NCBI GenBank assembly: GCA_001643675.2
Contig: LSRY02000053.1
Location: 496,001-560,000, forward strand
DNA from: Monocercomonoides exilis PA203
Lineage: Eukaryota; Protista; Preaxostyla
Reading direction: 5' to 3'
Length of the DNA: 64,000 nt
A program made the translations under genes and the position numbers. This document shows, piece after piece, positions 37,213 to 49,400 of the stretch. Under the pieces are notes generated by a model. It saw only the letters and a program-made list of their open reading frames with translations, searched no databases and was not told the origin of the DNA. Each line of letters begins with the position of its first letter. The stretch's first letter is position 1.

Positions 37213-40200
37213 GTTTAGATCCTCCAAGCAATATTCGCATACCCTCTCTTCCGCCTGTTGTCTCATTGCCTTCCAAACCATCCAGCATTTCTGTTCCTTT
37301 TCCTCTTTCTCTCCTCAAAAATTCTCCTTCTTCTTCTGTTTCTTCTTCTTCTTCTTCTTCTTCCATTCAAAATGCTCGTCGACAAGCTGTCGTCACACAT
37401 TCCACTCAATTAACTTCAAACCCTCCTTCTCTCTTCCCTCCTTCTCTTCCTTCTAATTCTCTTTCATTTTCATCATCGTCATCATCTTCTTCTTCTCCAT
37501 CTCAATCAACAAAGAAATCATATCAAAAATCTTCTCTTGGCTGTTCAACTCTTCCTATTTCGTCCACTCAAACTGCGGAATTTCAGCCGGCACCTTCGCT
37601 TTTGTCGTCTTTGTCGCCTCTTTCGCCTTCTCTTCGCCTTCCTCCCACTCCTGTCTTCATTGCCTCTTCTTATTCAACTGCTTTTGCTTCCACTTCTCAA
37701 TCATCATTATCATCATCTTCTTCTTCGCAAACTTCGAATGTGTTTGGCTCTGTCTCAACAGGATTCTCTGCTTCTTCCTCTTCCTCTTCCTCTTCTTCTG
37801 GACATTCTTCAACGTTTTCTGCTTCTTCTTCTTCTTCTTCCTCTTCCTCTTCTTCTTCGATGTTGTATCATTCTATTTGGTCAACCTCAACAGCTTCACC
37901 TGTTTCTCTCTCTTTGTCGCATCCTCGTGTCATCTGCATCAGCACTGAAATGCCAAAGAAAAGAAAAGAGAAGAAGGAGAAAGAAGGAGAAGGAGAAGGA
38001 AAAGAGGAAGATGGCAATAACACTTCACAAAACAACAAGGATTTGAACAAAGAAAGAGAAAGAAGAGAAAAAGAAGAGAAGAAACAAGAAGAAGCACCAA
38101 AAGAAGCAGAGGAGATGAGGAAACGCCAATCTGCTTTGAGCGATTCTCTGTTTGACACAACAGCCGATGGAGAATCAGAACATTACAAAGAATTATTGCC
38201 TTCTGAAGCAATTAATCCTGTTCTTTCTTCTTTCTTCTCTCGTTCTTCTGCTTCTTCTTCCTCTTCCTCTTCAAATTCATCATCATCACATTCTTCTTCA
38301 TCATCATCTTCTTCTTCAGTTGCGTTTTCTTCTCGTGTCCCTCCTTCCTTCAACAGACCCCTTCCCTTCCCAGAGCCAGTCTTGAAAGTTAAGCCAACCG
38401 CCGACACATCCGAATTCTCCATCACTTCTTCTGCTTCTTCTCTCTCTTTCGTGGCTAAACTGACTCTCTTCAACAACACCCCTGTCCTTCTCCGCTGTTT
38501 TGTCCTGTGCAACTCGTCTTCTCCTTTCACTGATTCGACTTCTTCCACTCACTCATTCACTCCAATCATCACTGTGATGCCTGGAATGTCAAATTTCACC
38601 AACCACATTTCGTATCCGGTGAATCTGAGGGGAGAAATGAAGAAAGAGGGAAGAGAAAGAGGAGAAGGAGGTGCTTATCGTGTTTCTTCTTCTTCTTCTT
38701 CCTCTTCCTCATCTTCTTCTGCTCAGAGCATAACTGCCTCACAGATTGGAGGGAATGGAATGGCGAAAGGCAGAGAAGACCCAAAAAGGGCGAAGAAGAA
38801 AGGAATTTCAGACAGAAATGCTGTTCAGATGGCAGAAAAGCATGATTTCAGATGGAGCGAAGGAAAAACAGTGAGGGTTTCGCATGATTTGTGTGGGTTG
38901 AGCGATTCATCTTCGCCTTTTGCTTCGTCTTTTGCATCGCCTTCTTCTTCTTCTTCGTTCATTTACCAGCCTCCTCTTACGTCTTCCTCGTCTAATCAAT
39001 CATTCGATTTTACTCCAAATCCATTAGTTACTTCATCATCATCATCTTCTTCTTCTTCCTCCTCCTCCTCCTCTTCTTCTTCTTCATCATCTGTTCCTGC
39101 TGCCTTTTCCTCTGCCTCTTCCTCTGTCACCCCTCTTTCATACACCCCTGTCTATTCTCCCAAAGCAGATAGCATCCTTCACATAGACTCTCTCATTCAC
39201 GAGCAGATGCTCCTCTTTTCGCTCAGCGCAAACCGCTCTGGCTTTTTCATTGACAACACTCTGAATGAGGAAGAGAGAAGAAGAGAAGAAGAAGTCCTTT
39301 TGGAGGAGTATGGCGCGGAATCAACTGCAATCCACACGCTTTTCAGTGTCTGCCCTCAAAATGACTATTGGAAAGGGAAGTTTGGTGAGAATTCGATGGA
39401 ACCTGGTTCGTTTGTTGCGTTTTCGCCGTCTTCTTTCTCTTCTTCTACTTCTTCTTCACTTTCTTCTTCTTCTTCTTTATCTTCTTTATCTTCTGAAGCA
39501 CAACAGGAAACTCCCATTCGAATGAATCGCAATTCATCTGGATTGGTTTCTTCATCATCTTCTTTGTCTTCTTTGTCGTCTTTGACTTCTTTGACCTCTT
39601 CTTCCAGTGAAAGTGCACTCAATTCGCCTTTTTCTGCCTCTTCTTCATTCGCCCCGAATGAAAAAGCTGAAGATGAGTCACAATCTCCTCATCTGCCATC
39701 TCAAGCGAGTGAAAAGACATTTGAGACAGAAATGGAAATACCTCAGACAACAACAGAAACAGCAGAAACACCAGCTGAAGAAGAGCAATCAACAAAACTT
39801 TCTTCTCTTTCTACTCCAACCCCAATCACTCCATTGCCTTCTGCTTCTTCTCGCCCTCAATCTTCCTTTGCCTTCCACCAGCGCGGACTTTCTGCTCCTT
39901 TCTCTCGTTTTGCTCCGTCTTCTCATCTTTCTAACAGCCTCTCACGATATCCACAGCGCCTGGCGAGTTCTCCTTCGAGTTCTCTTTCTGCCTCTCTTTC
40001 AGCTTCTCTTTCTGCGCTTCCTTCTCTTTTGACTCGCTCTCCTCTTTCCACCCTGCACAATCGCCATCATCCGCTTTCGATGGCGCTCAATGCCAGCTCT
40101 GTGAATGACCTGCACTCGCCTTCTTATTCGCCTTCTTATCCACTCTCTGCTTCTCCCTCTGCTTTGTCGCTTAGCCTTCTTTCTCGTTCTACTCATTCAC

Positions 40201-40402
40201 TCACTTCATTCAATAAGACATCTGATGCTGATTCTGATTCGAATTCTAATTCTCTTTCTTCATCTCTTTCTCCTTCGCAGATGGACATTGATGCCTCGCT
40301 GATTGCTCACCAGACACCGTTTGGCGTCTCCATCAGCACAGGAAAGACAAAGGCTTGTTTATTTGCTGTTTCTGTTTCTCTCTCTCTCTCTTTTTTTTTT
40401 TT

Positions 40403-40443
<41 letters not shown>

Positions 40444-40908
40444 ATGGTGATATTTTAAACTCACTTGGGAAAAAATGTTTACTTTGTGAGATATAATTTG
40501 AATCGGAATTTTTCAAATTTTCTTTTCATATTTATGCTTTCAACTTTAATTTTCTGTATATGAAATTTATCATTGACTTTTTTTTAAATGAATTTATTTA
40601 TCTGTTGAACTGTTTTCTTATGAAATTCTTCAGAGCGCTGTCTTTTTATCGCCTTATTCGGAAACAACCATCAGTATTTTCGTAAACTTCCCGTTGAACG
40701 TTACGCAATCCACTAATCACAGGTCATTATTCACACCTTCTTACAGTGCAATTGACTTAAATTCTATTTCCGTATCTGTATCTGGGTTTGCAACCATTTT
40801 ATTGACATTTCATAATTGATAATTTAAATATTTTGTAGGTTGGGTATTAACGATCAGATAATTCAATTACCTGGCCATCATGTTGTTTCAGTTGTTGTTG
40901 GAAAATGA
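23908..40908 (+). CDS. TRAPPC8: TRAPPC8/Trs85 (TRAPP III subunit) homologue, ~5,338 aa; predicted exons 23908-24073, 24187-24275, 24354-24647, 24767-26559, 26900-40352, 40634-40785, 40839-40908
   Basis: Ordered Trs85 motifs: NLTFKQLLDPF, SPWF, TLYHHVGAIIAVSS, LLIVHD, LTINS, LSEADVNSTHRFVMQFL...LPYL, RLRQADLCLLL...LYRGLQKEF, VVEGE..FVFVDVSNP, G.LAITGV.W, LLCGE. Manually spliced exons total 16,017 nt and stay in frame. Confidence 0.88.
26715..26860. repeat. (CT)n/(CTTT)n/(ATTC)n compound microsatellite in TRAPPC8 intron 4
   Basis: Direct reading. Confidence 0.9.
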
Positions 40909-41096
40909 AGTTTTGATTTTCTTATGATTGTGTGAAAGGTTTTTTGTAAGATCAAGAAACCACTGTTTTTTCTTTCACAGATACTTGAATCATTTTGCAA
41001 CGTCTGCGCAGAATTATTGATATTTTTTATTTGTGTTAATTTTATTTGGGGATATATTTTATATTTTTTCAAACCATTTCGTTTACAGAAAGTGAA

Positions 41097-42000
41097 ATGG
41101 CATCCAGGCTCAAAGACTCAAAGAATAATAACAAAACATTAATATGTTCTTCTCATCGTTTAAAACAGCATAAAACAGCAGATGATGCATTTCCTTCAGT
41201 CTTTTCTGAGCATCAAAAATCTTTTAATGATGTGTGCACATATTTTTGAAAGCATGCGTTTGTTTTTTGATTAATTCATTTTTCTTTTATTCAACAATCA
41301 TTCTCACAGAATTCAAAACAAAATGCACCTATTCAAAAAAAGAAGGAACGAATGCTTAATGTGCACGATCGCTTTTCATCTAGCGCCGTATTTACATCTC
41401 CTCTTTCACACCGCGAAAGAATGCAGCATATAATTACAAGGTTGGAAAACAGCAAATCTCCAAGTATTCAAAGATCGAAAACATTAGCAAGTCTTGACCG
41501 GAATACAAAAGAAGATTTGTTGATAAATCACAATCAAAAAGATATTGCTTTTGAAGAGTTTCCCAGGAAATTTGTTCATGAACGTGAACCAATTGTATGT
41601 CTTCAAAAATAATTCAAATATATTCAATTTTTTGTTTTTTGCTCAGAAAAAGGAATGTTCGACAACATGTGACAATACTTCATTTTCTATCGAAACAATG
41701 AAGGCGTTTCATCAACTTGAAGATCTGACAATTTCTTTATCACAAGAATTTTCAAAATTGGAAGATACGAAACTGTCAATTTTGAAGACAATACAGTCAA
41801 ATAAGGCAAAAAAGAATGTCGAGCAAATGCCAAAAAGTTGGTGCAACAATCTCCTCATTACAATAAATGTTTTGTTATTATTTAGTGTTTTTTCAATAGC
41901 AATCTTAATTTTTGAATTATTTGGGAAAGATGGAAAGGGTATTTTTTGTTGGAATAATGTTGATTTTTCAACAATTTTTCACAAATGGAAGTTACGTTAA
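41097..42000 (+). CDS. Hypothetical ~257-aa protein with coiled coil and near-C-terminal transmembrane helix; exons 41097-41231, 41310-41594, 41647-42000
   Basis: Two GT-AG introns join three ORF-track fragments in frame; LLITINVLLLFSVFSIAILIF hydrophobic segment. Confidence 0.65.
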
Positions 42001-43435
42001 ATGGTTTTCTTTTTTCATTTTCTTTATTACGAGTTATTATTTTTTACCCACTAAAATTTTTATTCTCAAATCTTTTGTTTGCAATTATATTTTTCTATTA
42101 AAAAATAAGTGAATTTAAAATTTAATACAAAAATAAATATTTTTCTTTCAAAACCCAACGTGTGTTTTCATTTGTTGAATGACAAAACTTTTGATATTTG
42201 TTTTCAATTTCTTAACAAGAAAATGTGTTTTTTACGCTCTTGAATCCTGTTGCTTCCAAACTCCATTTAACTTCACTAATCTTCTATGTGCAAGCTTCAA
42301 TACATCAATGCGATTTGTTCAATTACCAGAGATTAAACAAGAATGTTCTTTGTGTGAAAATGAAACAAAAAGAAGGAAAGAAGTGCTTTATAAGAGGAAT
42401 GAGATTTTTAGAGAGAAATGTTTTCTATTGCATAGAACGCTCAAAATGTCTTCGCAAGGAGGCATATTCTGCACAACAAAAAGGCTTGACACAAAGGCTA
42501 ATCTTATTCAGCAATGGCAAAACAATGTTCAAAACTGGTTGCAAGTTGACCATTTTTTCCCCCCATAAAGTTTGTGAAAAAAGTTGAAGCAGATTTTCAA
42601 TGAAGAGGCCATCATTTGACTTTCATTCGTTTTCAACAATCAGTTGGAGTCATTCATCTTTATATTATCTCTTCCATAAAGGCACAGAATAGCCAAATTA
42701 ATATTTTGAAAAAATCGTCAAGCTTCGAGGAAAGAAAATCTTTCACATTGTTTTCCAGATGAATTATTTGGTTTCCCTTATTTAATAATTAACGATATTT
42801 TAGCACTTAGTATCTTTATATCCAGAAAATCTAGCAGAATAATTATGGAACCAAAAAATCACACAATTTTATTATTATACACTCCTTAATTCAAATCTTC
42901 TCCCTTTTTTTATGCTACTATTTAAAGATATACCAGAAAGAAAAATTTTAATGGTAATAATTCAATGCAACTGGAATAAATTCTGTCCCTATAAAAACAT
43001 TTTAAAAAATATGTTTATCCATTTTATTTTATTGTTATAAATACAGGCTTATTAAATGTTCAATTCGAAAGCAATAGCATTGAAAACATTAAATTAAGAA
43101 GAGATCAAATTAAATTTAAAAAATTTTAGCAGGACATTTCATTATTAAATAACGCACAATTATATCACGCATCAACTCCATCCGTAAGGTTGTTGCATTT
43201 TTCTTGTCCCTTTCTGAGGTATATTTTTATATCAAACGTGTGTGATTATTCAATTGCTGTAAATATTCCATTTCAAATTTCTCTTTTAATCCTTCTTTGT
43301 GTTAGATGTGTGATGAGCGTTAAAGTTGTTTTCGGCTTGTCTTTGCTTCTCTGAGAGATTGTGCTGACTATGACGCAGTAGCTGCATAAGGACACTCATG
43401 CGTCTTGCTTTCTTTTTATCTCAGTATTCACACTA

Positions 43436-46400
43436 TCACATTCCACCAGAACAAGCAATAACCTCATCTGTTCTCTTTTCACTTGATTCATACTCATTAT
43501 CTGATTCGCTGTTAATGTCAATCGCATCAGAAATTGTCAGAATCACTGCTCCAGCAGGGAACCGCTGGATGAATTCACGCTTTATCTCGACAAGCGCTGG
43601 CCGGCTTCCACACCCTTCTGAAAAGCAATGCTCCACAATCCCTCTCATGGATGATTCTCTTATGCTTTCCAACTTTGGTCTTTCTCCGTTCACAATCTTC
43701 TGTGCTGCCGCCTCTGCCTCAAACTCCCCAAATGGGATCTGAAGTGTCAAGCACTCCCACAGCATCATTCCGATTGAAAACACAACAGACTCCTTTGTTG
43801 CTCCCATCTTCTTGTCGATAAACAATTCAGGCGCCTTCCATCGCATGCATTCCTTCCTGTTGTCTTCATCATCCTCAAATGCAGATGATGGAAGAGAGTC
43901 ATCATTATCATCGCTGTCAGATGTTACAACTATTGATGAAGAGATAGACGACGAATCCGAGTCTGATGAACAGTCTGAGTGCATGGCAATGCAGATGACC
44001 ATATGCTCAGAGAACAATATAATATGAGGACTGAGATTTGCAAGAGAAGAGAGAGGGTTTTCCATCTCGTCAAATGAGTGGAGTGCAAGATTCGCCACCC
44101 AGAACAGGATCTGTGCAGCTGTCGCCTCCCTCTCCTGCAGAGTGCCAATCGCCATCTCCTTCTTCTCATTTCTTCCATGAAGCAGCATGAACAGTGAATC
44201 CCTCAGATCCACAATCAGCTTCTCATGAGGAGACGAACAGGCCATTGCATCCACCAGATTCGACATCGATGAGGTTGTTGGGCACAGACTCTCTGATCGA
44301 ACAAAAGTTGAGTCTGAATCAGTTGTTGAAGTTGTTGAAGTGGATGAAATTGATGGTGATGGTGTTCTCTTTCTTGCTTCCTCCTCATCATCAACCTTCT
44401 CCAGCATCCATTGAGGAATATTGTCTGAATCTCTTCCAAGAATATATTCAGTGGAGCCACTCTCACTTAACAAATGCTCAGATGACTCTGAGTGCACCAA
44501 GCTTTTCTCGTACACTCTCTTCTTTCTCCGATCTTCATTCTTCCTTTCTGCCTCCCTTTCTGCTCTTCGCCACTCCGCCTCAGGTGACATCTCCATCGTC
44601 ACCATCTCAATCAGTTTCGGATCCTTCCTCACTGTGTCTTCCACAATCACTTCCAACTCTTGTGTTCTTCTTTTTGCTTTTTCCATCGGACAACGAATAT
44701 GACAAGGGCGATGAGAATAATCAAAAGAACAGCAGCCATGATAATTACAATCAACACCCATGAAGATTTTCCTTCTTTTCCTCCTTCAACAAGTATTTCA
44801 TTTCTGTTTGCCTGTGTTTCTGATTTGTTCTTTAGAATGAATTCCTTTGTTTGAAATGGTGCATCCTTGCTCCCAAACTGGACACATGCTTTCACTTCTG
44901 CTTCTTCATCCGCATCAAATATCGTTTTCTTTGCCAGTCGGCCTATCACTTCCTTTTCTGATTCGAATCTGCTTTCATCAAAGCTGAACTTTTCTATCTG
45001 CTTTTCGTCGTATATTTGCCTCACAATGATGAACGACAAGTTGCATGGAAGAAGCAACATTCCTTTGAACACAAGCTTCACCTCTGCCCCTTCTTCATTT
45101 GCTGTAACACTTTCCAACGCAGGAATGAAAAATGAAGATGCCCTCTCGGAAATAAGACCACCAAAGCGGCAACCTTTGTTTAATACCCAGAGTGAAGTAT
45201 TATCTTTCAGTCCATCTCCTCCCTTTAGGCTTTCAAAGTTCAGCTCACCATCATCAAAGCAGATAACATTTCTTCGTATTGATGGATATTTTGCTATCTT
45301 CGGATTGTTGTTGCTGAAATTGCCTGCTTCAATCATCACAGATCCTCCACTCACACTTATCCCTCCCTTTGATGAATTGCAAATCGTGGTATCTCTCACA
45401 ACTGCTTCACTCTTCGACAAGTCAACAACTGACCCATTCCATTTGCACAACTCATCAGAAATCACATTCCATTCTGCAACTGAGGCAAGACTCCCCTCAA
45501 ACATACATGACTCCATCAATATCTTCTCTGCAGATATTATCGCCACTTGGCTCCCCTTTGGCGAATATGATGAGCACTCTTGAAAAGAGCAGTTGCACAT
45601 CTCAAATCCACTCATTGGCTGACTTGTGCAAACAATGCAAGACCCACAAGTCGATCGGCTGATATTTGTGAATGACGACACCATCAATGACAAAACGAGT
45701 GAAGAATGGATGTTTTTTAGTGATATCAGGCTCTCTTCTTCCAACCCAATGTTTGCAGCTGCCAACTTCGAAACGCTCACTTTATCATTCTTTCCACATT
45801 CAATCAACGAACTCTTGCATTCCACATCATCCACTCTCACATCTTCAAATGTTGCTTTTTTGAGTGCAATATCTGAAACACAGGATTCGAGAATTTCAAA
45901 TGGTCAACACTGCACCGATTTGCCTCAAACAACCCATCTTCAACAACAATCAGAGAAGCATCAAAAGGATGTGTGAATTTTCTGTTGTTCTGCTCTCTGA
46001 ATGAAATGAAACAGACTCCAGAATAAGAGATCCACTCAGCTGATGTATCAAGCACGAGCAGATAACATTCTGTGCCCCATCAAAAAAAAAACAACACTTT
46101 CTCAAATCGAACAGACCCCGAAGTTGTCACAGCTTCTTTATCGCCCAAATTGATCTCACGCACTTTTATCTCTGAATTTCTATTCGATTCCATCGACTTG
46201 ATTGTCACATTTTGAGCGGAGCACGAACAAGTTAATGTGGTTTCATTCCAGATAAACAGCTGAGAGAAAGCAGATGGGATGATATGGCTTACCCCAACAT
46301 TCAGTGATGAGCATGCGCCCTTCATCTCCCCACACTGTTTACTGTTGCTGCTGTTTTCCACAATCGAAGACACAAATATGAATTCACTTCTGAATATAAA

Positions 46401-49400
46401 CACCTTCCTCAGAAGATCCTCTTCATCTCCATAATTGTCTGATGTGCATCCCCATATAGCCAGGTCCTTCACAAATGGCTCTCCAAAGTTTATTAAAAAC
46501 TGCGATTCACTAATCTGTGAATCAAGGTCAGTGCACTTCACAAACACATCTCTCCCCTTCGATGCAACATTCCTTCGGAATGTGATATTCGACAGCACAA
46601 ATGGCAATGCCTTCTGTGAGACACTCTGTGATTTCAAAAACATTCCTCCGCCTCTCCCAGCATTCGAACAGAAGCACTCTCTCACATTTGTGTGATTCAT
46701 CTCCAGCTTTCCCCTCTCATTGAGAAGAAAAAACACTCCTCCTCCTTCATTCGAGCTTGCCGAACCACAGCTATCAATCGTTGAGTTCTCAATTATCAAT
46801 CTCACTTCATTTGGGACATCACAGCAAAGCAATGACGGATAATTAGTTGTGCTGTGATTCACATTCACAAAAGTGCATTGCCCAAATAGAATATTCCACT
46901 CTTCTTCTGAATTATCATTCCTGCTTCCAGAAGTCACACTTTCAGTCAAGACCAAAACACTTTTCCCGCTCAAAGAAATATCTTCGAATGTGGCGTTGTT
47001 CATTAACACTGCGCAATAAGCTGATATACTCATAACCTCATGCGTCGATGAAAATCCTGATATCTTTGTCTTTTCAATTTCAACAATTCCTTTTGAGGCA
47101 CTTATCAATACAAATGACAATTCACCTTCGGCATCATCAAGTGAATGAATTGAACAGCTCACAACGCTCGTTTTGATTGCATCGGTGCCTGTCTGGATGA
47201 GGATGCTTGCTTCGTTATCAAAGTGGCTGGGGATTAGTATCCCCACTTCATTGAATAGAACAACTCCTTTGCATTCAACAGCAGCATCCTCATCCCCTTC
47301 AAGTGTTTGAGCAAATTGGATTTTGTCTGATTCCATATTTGTTCCTTCCACCTTCATCCCGCTCATCTCTATCACACTCCTCACATCACAAACCCCATGA
47401 ATGGTCATCTGCTCAACTGTTGAACTGTGTATACGATTCATCCCATAATCAACAGATCGGCATGGATAGTCCAACAACCCACACACAACCACATTGTATC
47501 CTTCCTCAGCAACATATACGCTCGATCCAATAGATTTCCAGAAATAGATCAGTGGGATTGCACACTCTTTATTTCCTCCGTCATATCCTCTCATTGAGTC
47601 TTCTGTCAGCATCTCCAATTTATCATTCACAAATGGCAGGGTTTCGTTTTTGATGCTCTTGATAAGCGATGAAGATGAAACAAATAAGTCTTTCCCATAA
47701 TTTGCACTATTTGGCTTGCCAGATGAAAAAACGGGTGATGATATCACAAAATTTACCTCTTCATCTCTCAGTATTTTCATTATAATTCCTCCTCCATATC
47801 CAACATTTTCCTCTTCGTGTGGTGCTGTACAACAAAAAAAGTGCATCTACTCACCACAATATTCGTTTTTGCAAATGTTTCACAAAATAGTGCTCCCCCT
47901 CCGATCTCTTCTTCCTCTCCAACAACAGAACACCCTTCAAATGTGCAGTCAAACATTTCCACTTTGTAATCTCTATTTTCATCTCCATTGTTCGAAACAC
48001 TTACACATCCTCCACTTCCCTTCGAACGAGAAATCGATGAAAATGAGCATCCTGTTATCTTCTCAATATTTCCATTATGACATTCAACAACACACCCGCC
48101 GCCAAATGCGATTTCTCCAAAATTACCATTCGTCATATTCATCGAAGGCACACTTTCGGAATTTCCTTCAACAATGAAAATGCTTGAACTCCATTTAGCA
48201 ACTCTCTCTGATGCAAACTCAATCACCTCCACAACCCCTCCAACAGCTTTCACAAACACCGCTGATATAGACTCAGACCCTCCTTCAATTCCACACTCAT
48301 TCAGTGTGAGCTTCCCTGAATGACACTCAAATACACTTTCATGAGATATCAGTGATTTCCTCAAAGAAAATACAATACCAGTCATTGACGCACTGACTGA
48401 GCTTTCAATCAATCCATTTTGTGTTCCCTTTTTCTGATCAGAAACTTCACACTTCATTTCATTCTCTTTGGATGCAATGCTCCATTCATTTGAAGTCATC
48501 CCCAATTCCTCCTCAAAGACAAATGGCTCAAGAAGAGCAACATTCTTTTTCTTCCCTTCAAAATGGATTGTGACTGCCTTTGAAATGGATGAACATGGAA
48601 ACTCTTCAAATCCACACTTCGAAAAATCATGGCTTGATAATCCTCCGACGAAGGCAGATTTAGAAAAGTTATCCCACAAATACACCACCAGCGGTATTGC
48701 AAATGCCTCGTTTAGCGTTGATCTCTCAAATCCATTCAATTTTGAAAAATTGTTCAAATCAACCTCAAATCCAATCGATCTCCTGTCAATCACAAGCCAA
48801 AGATCATTTACATTGATGAAGATTTCTTTCCCTTCTTGAGCATCACATCCAGAAAATGAAACATCCTTCAAAGTGAATGAGCTTGTCCCATCAGCCAAAT
48901 GAAGATAAATCCCTCCTCCATATCCACACCCTCCATCTGCTGTTTGCATTGCCTTGCAGTTCTCAAGTTGAAACAAATTACTTTCAACATTTGAAGTTAT
49001 TTCATTCACTTTGTTAGCATTCGTCATGTTTCCCACAGCGAATGCCGATCCTTCTTCCATCTCAACACACAACCCTCCTCCATTTCCTCCTTTGCTCTCA
49101 CACCCAGACATCATCCCTCCATCTATTTCCAGAGAGCATTCCTTCCAAAGCGTGCATTCGACTGCTCCTCCATTTTCTCCATCTCCTTTGAATCCACTGA
49201 TTTTATTGCTTGTGAGCTTCAAAAACTTGGCAGAATTTGTGCAAATCACTCGAATTGATTCGGATGGCAAATCTTTTTGTGAATATGCTTTCACTGAAAG
49301 TGTTGAATCTTTAATCGTTAAAGATGCTCCATTAGCCACTCCAAACAAAACACTATTAGCTATCGAACTCATATCCTCAACACTTATGGAGGTGAATGTG

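Noticed and set aside
26562-40496. The 4,644-aa ORF as a standalone gene
   Set aside because: Its first ~112 and last ~47 codons are intronic low-complexity sequence; it is exon 5 of TRAPPC8.
24840-40516. Numerous short overlapping poly-L/F/K/E/H ORFs
   Set aside because: Shadow frames of TCT/GAA repeats with no independent coding evidence.
42179-43400. Short ORFs between the TM-protein gene and the receptor 3' end
   Set aside because: No recognisable motifs or consistent exon structure.
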